A stretch of 64,000 nt of DNA from Octopus bimaculoides (taxonomy: Eukaryota): assembly GCF_001194135.2 (NCBI RefSeq), contig NC_069001.1, positions 10,043,030-10,107,029 on the forward strand, read 5' to 3'. Numbering within the stretch: position 1 is the stretch's first letter; each line of letters opens with the position of its first letter. The notes below the pieces were generated by a model that worked only from the letters and a program-made list of their open reading frames with translations, had not been told where the DNA came from and did not search any database. Shown here in pieces: positions 13,535 to 24,810 of this stretch. Both the position numbers and the translations under genes were made by a program.

Positions 13535-13640
13535 CATGGTTGTATGGCTAAGAAGCCCACTTTCCAAGCACGTGGTTTCTGGTTCAATTCTACTGCTTGT
13601 CCCCTAAAGGCAAGTAAGTTCTTCTATAGTATATAGTCAT
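13535..13640 (+). mobile_element. SINE group B head fragment
   Basis: TGGTTGTATGGCTAAGAAGCCCACTTTCCAAGCACGTGGTTTCTGGTTCAATTCTACTG..GGCAAGT aligns by eye to the head of the 11260 copy. Confidence 0.6.
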
Positions 13641-14939
13641 TGACTAAGCATCTAGAGTTAAAATGGGTTTAGGAATTTGTCATTTTATCTTAAGAAACAT
13701 GTGTCATATAGAATTTTTCAGTCAAATGTGTTGTAACTTTGTAAGCTCATTATACGTATTTTAGCTGCTATTTCTTCGAGATTGATCGACCACCGAATAA
13801 TTCCTTCATAATCTCCAATGGGTTTATTTATAAATTTGCGTCATCCAATGCATGCAATTTACTGAATACTCGAACCACTTGTAAGCAGTTTGGTTTGGTT
13901 TGGTTTGGTTCTGTTTATACGACAGCGTTCATCAAATTAAAACTGTATGTTTGATATTTATGATGTCATATGATTGGAAGTGAGTCGGAAAATAGGTTGT
14001 ATCGACAATTATCTTATAATATTTCGCTGTGTCGTTCTAAGTTCCAATTCCCTTGGGTTTTAATTTACTTTTTATCCCTACTGAATTGATAAAATAATTA
14101 GCAATAATATTGATATGGGTTCCCTTCAATGGATTCTCCTCTCTTCACAAAAGACTGCCAGTGTGAATGAGTTAGACATTAATGTTTAATGCACGAAATT
14201 AAATCGGTACGGTTTATATATATATAAACTTACATGCACACATGTGTATATATATATATATATGAATGTTTATTGTGAACAATGGCGTTTTAGAAACCTC
14301 TGTAGACATCTAGATCTTTGTAGATAAAATATTAAACGTGCTTAAGTTCTTTGTAATTCCCAAATCGCCTGGGTATTGTCTAGAGATGTATGAAAACTTC
14401 CCATGTTACCAAGTGGCCTGATAGATATAGGTTTAACTCTTTCGTGTGAGAGAGGAGGATAATAAAGCAGTAACATTCACAACTAATTCACTTCCAAAAG
14501 CATCATAAAACGAAAAAAAAAAAAATACAAAGAAAATGTTTAAAAATGTAAAGCCATCATACTGACCTTCTCTAAATATTCTTGTTTGTTTGTGTAAGTG
14601 CTGATACAGATTAATCTAATAAAAACATGACGATAATTATTCTAATAAAAATAATGACAATATTTATATTTATATGCTATCATTGCCTACTCATGCATCG
14701 ATGACATGTTGCAAAGAGGGTTTACAAGATATATGTAGGGATGTAGAAATATCTAGTTACATAAAAAGGTACAGAGTGGAAACAAGACATTGGATAATTA
14801 TAAAACGATGTTGAAAATTGGATTCTACTATAAAAAAAATATGCTTATCTGCATACGGTGTTCTTACATTGTTAAAGTGTTTTCATCACTACCGCTGCTC
14901 GTTGATTCGTGACACTGTAAAGGCTGTAAGCCGTGACAT

Positions 14940-15420
14940 GGACACGTTGCAACGGCGACTACGAAGCTAAAAAGGACAGTCCACATCATGTCTTCTGACT
15001 GTTTGCACGAAGTATTTCATCTTTCCAGCTTTGTGCAGGGCCTTAGCTACAGCTCAGACGTTTATACGAAGCTGCTGGCGACTGTGGTCAAATCCTGGAG
15101 AGGTTTGCTCGTGGAAAGCTATATGTATGGTACCAAGTTTAAGCTTCTTACGATACTTCCGAAAACAGTCAAAAGTGGTTGAAGAATTTCTACGACTCCT
15201 CTCAATTTCTGGTCTCCTAATTTGTCAGATTTTAATCCTACGTATAGGGCGCGGTTGACAGAGCCACCAACCACTCTACATGCAGCATCAAAGCCGAGCT
15301 GATAGCCTAGATCAATGACTGTTCGAAGAACGTCCCGGGGACAATTTGCGAAACTCATGCACATGCTTCTGAAGCCTTCATGATGTCATGTTGGAAGCTG
15401 ACGCTATTTTACTTAAATTG
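14940..15420 (+). mobile_element. Decayed Tc1/mariner-superfamily (DD37D/maT-like) transposase, catalytic C-terminal part
   Basis: Frameshifted peptides include NFWSPNLSDFNP (WPPNSPDLNP motif) and GAVDRATNHSTCSIKAELIA*I. Subfamily assignment is from memory. Confidence 0.7.
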
Positions 15421-15673
15421 TTATCACCCCACCACAATCTAGTTGATATATTTTGATTTTTAAAATACTTCTAAAATACTTCTTAAAACTACTTCTAAAA
15501 TGCGTTTTTTAAAAATACTTTTATCTTTGGATGGAGTATTACGTTTTCTGTTCTTTTCATGCATGCTGTCAATTTTAGACCGAACACACTATCTATACAC
15601 ATGACATGCGTTAGATACTTCAGAACAATACTTTTAAGAAGCATAAGTTGCCCAAACATTAACTAATGTCTCA

Positions 15674-15965
15674 AAATGGAATCTTTGAATGAAACATAAA
15701 TACATAGAGTTCGCTTTGGATTTCTCTCCAGTCACAGTCATTCTGAAATTGTAACATTTGTTCAAGATCACCAGCTTATTTGTGCTTAAGAATAGAAACG
15801 AGTCCCTGACCTGTAGCAGAATCTACCTTTCGTAGCCAAAAGAAAAGATCATTCTGGTCACTGATCGTACATTCTGAGAAGAAAGAAGTCATGTCCGTTC
15901 AGTAAATCAACATCACCATCACCGAGAATCCAGGATACTCATTGAAGGCCATTGCATGTATTTTT
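15674..15965 (+). mobile_element. Decayed maT-like transposase N-terminal (HTH) part
   Basis: Peptides HSHSEIVTF, VAKRKDHS and ITENPGYSLKAIA resemble the N-terminus of the same transposase class. Confidence 0.55.
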
Positions 15966-16030
15966 CAGCACTCATCGTATTTGTGTCATTGTATGCATTT
16001 TTGTGTGCATTACAATAGACGTAGATTGCG

Positions 16031-16368
16031 AAGGTGCATGACGCAGTAATTAGAGCGACGGGCTCTCAACCATCAGGCAGCGAGTTTGGTTCCCGGTTCA
16101 TGTTATGCTTTTAGTTCTTGAGCAAGACACTTTATTTCACGTTGTCCTAGTTCACTCATCAGTAGAAATGAATTGCGATGTTACTGGTGCTAAGCTATAT
16201 AGGCCTTTGCCTTGGATAACAACGGTGGCGTAGAGAAGAGAGTCTCGTATGCATGGGCGACTGCGGTTCTCCTATAATCAACCTTGCCCGGACTTATGCC
16301 TCGGAGTGTAAATTTCTTAGTGCAGTCACATAGCCATTCATGACCAAAAGGGGGTCTTTACCCTTTAG
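16031..16368 (+). mobile_element. SINE group D with tail type 1
   Basis: tRNA-like head, core TTCTTGAGCAAGACACTTTATTTCACGTTG..CACTCA.CAG, then a tail ending CATTCATGACCAAAAGGGGTCTTTACCCTTT. Confidence 0.8.
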
Positions 16369-16960
16369 ACTGCAAAATACCCCGCCAATTGCACTTTAAT
16401 CCAATAAAGAAGCACTTAGATGATTCGACAATAAAATTATCATCACCAAAAACCGATTGAGTTCCATTTACAATGATATGAATTTGAGCGTGTTTCATTT
16501 ATACGTTTATATATCTGAACGTGTTTTTGAAAATGTTTATGTGAATGTTTTATTTTTGTGTTTGAATGAATGAGTCGTTACATGGTTGCGTATTTGAATG
16601 TATCAATTTGAATTTTTATGTGTGTGTGTGTATGTGTGTTGGTGTCTGCGTATGCATTTCCCTTTGTCTATGTGCTAATGTATGTGTGTGCATGTATGTG
16701 TTCAACTCTTAGGGTTTGGTAAATGTCATTGATTTCTCAGCGGGACCCAACTGCCCATTATCGTTTATCTATCACTTCTATTACCGCTGTAGTTGTATGC
16801 ATATGTGTATGGCGATTTATATATGTCTCTGTGCTTCGAGGCGTGTAAATGTGTAGCTTTGTGTGTCAATGTACATCTATGAATGTGTCAGTTCAATTTG
16901 TGTGTCTCTAGGTATAAATGTATGTCTTATTTTGTCTATAACAATATATATGTGTGTGCG

Positions 16961-17000
<40 letters not shown>

Positions 17001-17074
17001 CAGTGGCGTATATATGTGTAGGTTTGTGGACATGTATGTCAATGTGCGTTTAATCTTTTATTATTTTATTTATT

Positions 17075-17283
17075 TATTCTCTTATTTATTCCAGTCATTG
17101 GACTGCGGCCATGCTGGAACACTGACTTGAATGATTTTAGTCGAACAAATCAAGCCCACGACATATTTTTTAAGCCGCGTACTTATTCCAACGGTTCTTT
17201 TGCCGAACTGCTAAGTTACAGCCATGTTACCACACCAACAGCTATTATCAATCGGTGATGGTGTACAAATTTACACACACACT

Positions 17284-17316
<33 letters not shown>

Positions 17317-17470
17317 GACGGGCTTCTTTCAGTTTCCGTCAACCAAATATACTCAGAAGTGTGTTTGAGGGTAAAGTAGAAGACACTTAGCCAAGATACA
17401 GCGCAGTGGGACTGAACGTAGGACCATGTGGCAGGGAAGTATGCTTCTTACCTGACAACCACAACTGCAT
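17075..17470 (-). mobile_element. SINE group B, full length with internal (CA)/(TA) microsatellite
   Basis: Reverse-complemented head at 17310-17470 (GACGGGCTTCTTTCAGTTTCCGTC..GCAGTGGGACTGAAC..ACCATGTGG), (TA)n at ~17285-17315, and tail at 17075-17260 (GACTGCGGCCATGCTGG..TTGCCGAACTGCTAAGTTAC). Confidence 0.85.
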
Positions 17471-17794
17471 CTACACACACACACACACATGTTTGTGTGT
17501 CTTACAGCACGTGTATATTTCCAAGTAACATTACATATATGTGTGTGTTTCTATTTGTGTATGTATATGTTAAAGTGTGTAGTGTGTGAGTTTATGCGGG
17601 TGGGTTTGAGTGTGTGTTATTTATTTATGAGTGTATATAAGTGTATGTCTTCGTATGTAATATGTATGTGTGTACCTACGTGTGCATGTGTGTGAGAGAG
17701 AGTGAGTGAGTGAGTGCGTGCGTGGAGATGTAGGTTCATTCCAGAACAATTAACTGATCGTAATGATGTACTAGTAGAAATAGAAATAACTTAT

Positions 17795-18620
17795 ATTTGT
17801 AGTAGTAGTAGTCGTAGTAGTAGCAGCAGCTGCAGTAGTAACGGTAGTAGTAGTAGTAGTAGAATCGGTAAAGATTGTGGTTAAATAATAAATTAGTAAA
17901 AGTGAGGGATGTTGGTTGCAGCGGGAGTGGTTAACTGATGGAAGGCGGAGGAGGAGGAGGAAGTGGAGGAGGAGGAAGTGGAGGAGGAGGGGGAGCCGAA
18001 GATGAATTAGTGCTGTTGTTGGCCGTGGTTACACTAACATTAGGGGCGGTCGTGTTGATTCTGGTCACAACAGTTGCACCACCGTCAACAGTAGTAGTAG
18101 TAGTAGTGGTAGTGGTGGTGATAGTAGCCGCAGCAGTAACAGTGGTAGTAGTAGTAACAGGAGAAGCAGTAGCTGTAATAGTAATAGTAGTAATAGTGGT
18201 GATAGTAGGTGTTGTAGTAGTAGTAGCAGCAGCAATACTAGTGGTGACAGTAGTATTAGTAGCACTAGTAGTGGTAGTAGTCATGGTAGTTGTTGTAGTA
18301 GTAGCAGCAGCAGCTGCAGCAGTAGTGCTAATAGCTCTGTAGTGAGAACGAAGACGAGGAGGAGGAGGTAGACCAGGTAGTAGTATGGTGATGACGATGA
18401 CGATGAGGAGGAGGAGGAAAAGGAGAAGATTGTAATATATTTGACGCGAAATTTAATTAAGTCCCTCAAATTCTTTTTATTGTGGACATTGATGATGATG
18501 ATGATAATGATGATGATGATATTGTAGTCGTACTTGTTGTTGTTGTTGTTATTCTACTATTTGTTGCCGTTACTATTGTTGCAGCTGCTACTGATGAGGT
18601 CTTTGTCATTATTTTCTTTA
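17795..18620. repeat. Compound trinucleotide tract (GTA, GGA, GCA, GAT, GTT)
   Basis: Directly visible. It explains the poly-Thr, poly-Val and poly-Pro ORFs in the track. Confidence 0.95.
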
Positions 18621-19014
18621 CTTTTATTTATCTTTTCTTTCTGTTACTACTATGTGTGAATTTTCTTTATTCTGTTTTTTTTTATATGTAAATTATTTTT
18701 TGTTGTTATTGGGACCTTTTTTTAAAGAAAAAATATTTGTGTTGCATTCAATGTTTAAAATATCTAATTAATACAATATTTCCTTGTTAATCATAGCACA
18801 TTTATTGGCCAGAACGGCCTGAAATAGCAGCGAAATTCATTATTAAAAAGAGAGAGAGAGAGAGAGAGACAAATCAGGGAACCCGTACCTTATCGATTTA
18901 TCTGCTAAAAATAAAAGCCAAATGCCCTTATAACAGAACTAAACCATCTTGACCATGACCACACAAGAGAAACACACGCATGGTTTCTGTATATCGCTCT
19001 ATGTTTGTGTTTAG

Positions 19015-19341
19015 AGTGTGGCTTAGTCGTTTTGATGTTCGGCTCACAATAGTAAATTCGAGAGTTCGATTCCTGGCGATGTGTTGTGTCCTTGAGCGAG
19101 ATACTTTATTTCATGTTGCTCCAGTCCACTCAGCTGGTCGAAATGTGTTGTACCATTATTTCAAAGATCCAAACTTGTCCCATTATGTGTCACGCTGAAT
19201 CTCCCTGAAAACTACGATAAGGGTAATCTACGCCTATCTGACGAGTACTCAACCAATTGCTCATCAATTTCACGATCAGGCTGTTCCGTTGATCGGATCT
19301 ACTGGAGCACTCGTCGCCGTAACCGTCGGAATGCCAGTTTT
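19015..19341 (+). mobile_element. SINE group D with tail type 2
   Basis: Head GTGTGGCTTAGT..GAGTTCGATTCC, core GTGTCCTTGAGCGAGATACTTTATTTCATGTTGCTCCAGTCCACTCAGCTG, tail GTGTCACGCTGAATCTCCCTGAAAACTACG..GGCTGTTCCGTTGATCGGATC..GTAACCG.CGGA.TGCC. Confidence 0.85.
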
Positions 19342-19464
19342 AAATGACGGAGGATTAGAATACGCTTAGAGAGAACGTGTGTGAGTGTCTGTGTGTGGGG
19401 GGGGGCGGTAGATTCGATGGATTTTCGGAGTGATTAGGACCCCAATCAAGAAAAGGTATTTGTC

Positions 19465-19545
19465 CCGATTACAGACGTTCAGATTTCAAATCCCACCGTA
19501 GTCAACTGAACCCTTCAGCCACCTGCAGTCGATACAATGGAATAC
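19465..19545 (+). mobile_element. SINE group A core, highly diverged
   Basis: GTTCAGATTTCAAATCCCACCGTAGTCAAC..GTCGATACAAT aligns loosely to the group A core. Confidence 0.5.
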
Positions 19546-19814
19546 AAGGAAGTACTGTTGTTGATTTTACCGGCTGTTCCATGCCCCAAATTTCTGGCCT
19601 AACATTATTATTATGATTTCATTGATTTGCCATCAAGGCGAAAGATGCGGCGCACAATACAAAAACAGACATGAAGTGTCGGGGTTTACATATAACGAAA
19701 TGAAAATATAAACACATAAACAAGAAAAAGGAAAAATTAGTGTGAAATCTTGGCAGAATAACAGGAGAGCTGCGGGAAGGAGTCAAGTTGATTATTTAGA
19801 ATTCAGCGTTCTAC

Positions 19815-19920
19815 AGATACTTATTTTAGTTACGCCGATATGATAGAATGCATCGTCGACCTTGGCGGAATTTGAACTCAGAACGTAACGACAAACGAAA
19901 TGACGCTAAGCTTTTCGCCC
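19815..19920 (-). mobile_element. SINE group A fragment
   Basis: GTCGACCTTGGCGGAATTTGAACTCAGAACGTAACGACAAACGAAATGACGCTAAGC is the reverse complement of the group A head and core. Confidence 0.8.
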
Positions 19921-20005
19921 TGTCAAATTGTAATTTCTGATAAAATATTGCAAGCGAGGAAGAAATTGTAAGTCAAAAGTCTGCCTGTCTGTACATATAT
20001 GGTAT

Positions 20006-20269
20006 TAAAATAAATAATAAATGCACCCTTTTAAAGCCTAGCAAGGCTCATGGGCCCGGTTCCCCGGTTTCAATGGCGTATGTGTTCCCCAGCCGGACGG
20101 GACGCTAGTCCATCGCAGCCTTACTCATTTTTGCTAGCTGAGTGGACTGGAGCAACGTGAAATGAAGTGTTTTGCTCAAGAGCACAACGCGTCGCTCGGT
20201 CCAGGAATAGAAACCACAATCTTACGATCATGTTGCTGACACTCTAACCACTAAGCCACGCGCTACCAC
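20006..20269 (-). mobile_element. SINE group D with tail type 3 (V-domain-like)
   Basis: Same head and core as 19015 in reverse orientation. The tail reads CTGCGATGGACTAGCGTCCCGTCC..GAAACCGGGGAACCGGGCCCATGAG on the minus strand, resembling the V-SINE central motif as I recall it. Confidence 0.8.
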
Positions 20270-20479
20270 TCATATACTGTATTTCATATTGTAAAAGAAG
20301 TGGGCCTTTCTGACGAAACAAGAGCGGAACTCATTCAGTAAATTATCTTCTGATAAGGTTGCTAGGTTACACACTCACACACACACACACACACACACAC
20401 AAACAAAGAGGCTCAGAGTAGATATAGGAACGAAGAAAAGTATTCAAAAGTATTCTTAAAAACATGCTAATATATATTA

Positions 20480-20904
20480 ATGCATACATGTTATATAGTG
20501 TTAATAATAGTAATAATAACAGCACTATTGATGATGATGACGAAGACGATGATGATGTAGATAATGATGATGCTGGTGATGATAAAGATGATGTTAATAA
20601 TGATGAAGTTAATAATAATAATAAGAAGAAGAAGAAGAATGATGATGATGATAATAATAATAATAATCATAATGATTATAATAATAATAATAATGACAAC
20701 ATTTGAAATCAATAATAACAAGAGCAATCAGATAATAAAGTAATTATCAGAAAACAAGTTCAGATACTTTCATTTTTATCAAACTCAATATACTTGACTC
20801 CCTGCAGTGAATAGTTAGAATTTTGATGAATTATGCAATTAACGAGAATACTAGTGAAAAATATTATTATAATAATAATAATAATGACGATGATGATGAT
20901 GGTG

Positions 20905-20942
<38 letters not shown>

Positions 20943-20960
20943 TATGATAAGAATAATATA
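20480..20960. repeat. (AAT)n/(GAT)n/(AAG)n trinucleotide tracts
   Basis: Directly visible. Similar tracts occur at 21290-21520, 22970-23190, 27125-27165 and 55125-55165. Confidence 0.95.
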
Positions 20961-21211
20961 AACGACCAAAACCAAGGCGCTGAAAAACATGAAAAATCAG
21001 TGAAATGAAGAAAAAAAAAAGCGCTAAAAATAATAAAATATAGTTAAAACTTTATTTAAAATTTGTCCTATTAGATTTCTCCCTCATTATATCCCATCTG
21101 TTCTATTAATCGATAAGAGTTTGACTTTTTGTATTTTCAATGAGTGAAATATAATATCATAAATATTGGAAATTATATTTAAAAATTTACAAATACATAT
21201 ATGTATATGCA

Positions 21212-21247
<36 letters not shown>

Positions 21248-21739
21248 GTTACTTGAATGATAAAAGTAATAACTACAAGAATAATAGTATTAAAGATTAA
21301 TAATAATAATAATAATATTGATGATAATAATAACAATAACAACAGCAACAGCTAATGGTGTTGACTATAGTAATGATCACGACCACGATGACAGTGATGA
21401 TCATGATGATGGTGAGGATGATGAAGTTGATAATGGTGATGAAGTTGATGATGGTGGTGGTGGTGGTGAGGATGATAATAATGATAATAATAGTAATAAT
21501 GATAATTATAATAATCTTTGGTATTATTTAAATATAACAGCTTAAAATATAAATCAAGAATAAGAATTGATAATAATTATAATAACTTGAATTTAAAAGA
21601 AGAAAAAAATAAATATTTTCAATCTTTTCAAAGCCAAACTTTTGAATTATTAATTCCTATTCGCGTTATAATCAAATATAGATTCCCAAGGCAATAAAAG
21701 CATTTTCGATAGATCTGCAGATATCGGTGTAGGGAAATG

Positions 21740-22135
21740 TTCTGGAGTAGAAGAAAGAGAGTCGTAATATAAGATGAAAGAGTGAGACAAAGAGGGAGAG
21801 GAATGAATTGAGGAGAAGAGAGTGGAGTGGAGGTCGTGGAAAGGGGAATATGCGTAATGAGTGGAGTGTTGAAGGAAGGGGTGGGGAATGATGAAAGTAG
21901 ATGACGTACAAGTAGAATGACTAAATGAAATGAAAAGAGAGGGAGAAAAAGGTGGAGAATAGAAACGAAAGTGAAAGTAGAGAGGAAAAGATATGGTCTG
22001 GTAATAGAAAGATTTTGATGTGGATGGAAGAAGGTTGAAGCAGGAAGAGAAAAATGAGTTTGAGATGAGTAATAGGATGAGGACGAGGAGGAAGATTAGA
22101 ACAGAAACAGATAGTGAGATAGGGAAGTGTGTGCA
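21740..22135. repeat. Purine-rich, C-poor low-complexity tract
   Basis: About 390 bp of GAG/GAA/GAT-rich sequence with very few C on the + strand. A similar tract lies at 55190-55430. Confidence 0.85.
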
Positions 22136-22391
22136 ATCTTAAGACATACAGAAAATAAATAACAACTCGAATTCAATTATCGACTCTGATTTAATTTTGT
22201 AAATGAAAGTAATTGTTTGGTGTGTGTGTGAGTATTTGTGCATGTGAATATGTATGTGCCTATATATGTGTTCCAGCTTCAATGGGATATATGTGATTAT
22301 ATGTGAGAATGTGTATGTTTAATTATTTTTTTGTTTTACTACATAATTATTGTTGTCTTTTCATGGCTACTCATATACATACATATATACA

Positions 22392-22456
<65 letters not shown>

Positions 22457-23117
22457 ACGTATATATTTCTGTGTGTGTATATGTGTATGTGTACATATTT
22501 TTAATTTTATCTCTTATGCTGTTGACAAGTTCCGCAGTCCACTTAATATGGTAAAGGAATTCAAGTTTATTCCTTACCCTCATTAGCATAAAAATAACAA
22601 ACAATACAACAACAATAAAACGAAAAGAGAAACAATAATAACGTTTGCTCCAACATCAACAAAAACAAGTGCAATAGAATAATACAACGATGTCAACTGT
22701 TACAAGAAGAACATCAACGGCCCGTGATAATATTAAAAATCTACACACAATAAAGGCAAGAATTGATAAGAATCGTGATAAAATGATATAAAAATGGATA
22801 ATAGACTAATAAAATAACAAAGGATACCAAGAAATAGCAGAAAAATCAACATTCGAATCCACGATATAACGACATACACCATTACTGCGTTCTAATCATA
22901 ATTACTTTTCGTAAACAGAAGCAAATTCAAAGATTAAATATTTTCGTTATATACTTGGCTATTGTTTTATTATTGTCATTATTATTATTATTATTATTAT
23001 TATTAAAGGATTATTATTATTATTAATATCACCATCATCAATATCATCATCTTTATTATTATTATAATTATTATTAACATCATCACCATCAATATCATCG
23101 TTATTATTATTATTATA

Positions 23118-23158
<41 letters not shown>

Positions 23159-23979
23159 CATCATCATCATTAATATCATTATTGCTGTTGTTGTTTTCTA
23201 ATTTTTACTGTCTTATCTTTGTTTAATCTATAGGCATCGAATTAAGATTTGCTGTCGACGTTCGCCATTACGAGAATCAATGAGATTGCATCGTTCAGAC
23301 TGGTCATGCACATTACTAGCTACTAACACTGCATGAATAAAAATTTTTACTATAAATGTGCCAATGTCAGCTGAAAGATAATCTATTTCCAGTGTGCAGA
23401 TTGCAGCTGATATAATTGGCAAAAGTTTTCATGATTTGTTTCAAACAATCCTCCGCAAAATAATGCAATAATTCTCTAATTGAACAAAATGGATATCGAT
23501 CGTACTTGGTTGGAATGCTATGCATGTTATGACAAAATGAATTATTTAATAAGGCCTGCATCATTCCATCAAGAGAAAATTGTTTCTGTGGAATAAAACA
23601 GCATTTTTGTTATTATTAAACATAGGTCTTTGTTACACACTGTTTATATTTGTATTTAGGCAATTGGAAATGAGTTAGTGAAACAGTCATCCATTCAGTG
23701 TGACTGCTATATCTGAATGGCACATTCATATATGGATAATTAGTATACAGTCAAACATTGACCTTTATTTTTTTTTTTTTTAGAATGGCTTCCATTCCTA
23801 TTGTCCATGTGACTCCTTGAAGATCAGTTAAGACGGATTTTTTCTAAAAAGGAACCAAGTACAAGAAGACCAAATGTGTAAAAAAAAAAGAAAAAGAAAA
23901 CTTTATTGATAGTTAATATGAAGCGCAATAAATAAAGTCGAAACGTGTTGTCACTTAGCGTATGCTATTCACTAAGATG

Positions 23980-24240
23980 GGGAGTTGGCAGAAACGTTAG
24001 CATTCCGGGCAAAATGATTAGCGCTATTTCGTCTGTCTTTGCGTTCTGAGTCCAAATTCCATCGATGTCGACTTTGCCTTCATCCTTTCCGGTTCGATAA
24101 ATTAAGAACCAGTTACGCACTGGGGTCGATGTAATCGACTTAATCCTTTGTCTGTCCTTGCTTGTCCCTGCTGTGTGTAGCCCTTTGTGGGCAGTAAAGA
24201 AATAAGAAACGTTAGCATGCCGGGCAAAATGCTTAGCGCT
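23980..24240 (+). mobile_element. SINE group A, full length, followed by a restart of its own head
   Basis: Head GGCAGAAACGTTAGCATTCCGGGCAAAATGATTAGCGCT, then core and tail, then AGAAACGTTAGCATGCCGGGCAAAATGCTTAGCGCT again at ~24202-24240. Confidence 0.85.
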
Positions 24241-24484
24241 TTAAAGAAGTTAATAAATACCGTAAAATTTCAACAGTTATATCGCCACGAATAAGAACTG
24301 AATCAGAAAGTAATATTAAACCAAAAGTGTTTCAAGATACGGCCCCGAACAAGGATTGTAGAATCCGCACCAAACTGATATGATAATGAAAATATAGTAA
24401 AAACAAATCTCATAATTAAACAACAACAGCGTAACTGAATGAAGATTCACCACAGCTTAGTCACTGATGACGTAACAGACAAAT

Positions 24485-24810
24485 AAAGGTTTCAAATTTT
24501 GGCACAAGGCAAGTGGGTTAGTCGATTACATTGACCCCCGTCCTCAACTGGTAATTATTTTATCAAGCCCAAAACGACAAAAGGCGAAATCGAAATTGGC
24601 TGAATATGAACTCAAAAGATAAATAAGGGCGAAATGCTGCTAAGCATTTTGACAGAAGGCCAGTAATTGACCATAGTGCTGCACTGGTATTTACTTTATC
24701 GACACCGAAATGATGAAAGGCAAAGTCAACCTCAGTGGAATTTGAACCCAGACGGACGAAATGCCGTAAATAAATTTGCTCGGTGTGCTGACGATTCTGC
24801 AAGTTCCTTC
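24485..24810 (-). mobile_element. Two tandem SINE group A copies
   Basis: Reverse-complemented core appears twice (~24540-24620 and ~24685-24760). Tail AAATTTTGGCACAAGG at ~24495, head end GCTGACGATTCTGC at ~24790. Confidence 0.75.

Noticed and set aside
16125-16165. Minus-strand CTGATGAG...GAAA hammerhead-like spacing
   Set aside because: It lies within the group D SINE core, where other copies read CAGCTGAG. It is a chance mutation with no stems.
17931-18342. 117-aa Thr/Pro-rich and 134-aa Gly/Val-rich ORFs resembling mucin or membrane proteins
   Set aside because: Entirely built from trinucleotide microsatellites, with no unique sequence or convincing splice context.
20305-20340. CTGACGA core as a third hammerhead
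   Set aside because: No pairable stem II, no GAAA in register and no closing stem I.
22970-23190. ~50-bp tandem duplication
   Set aside because: Embedded in (ATT)/(ATC)n and explained by ordinary slippage.
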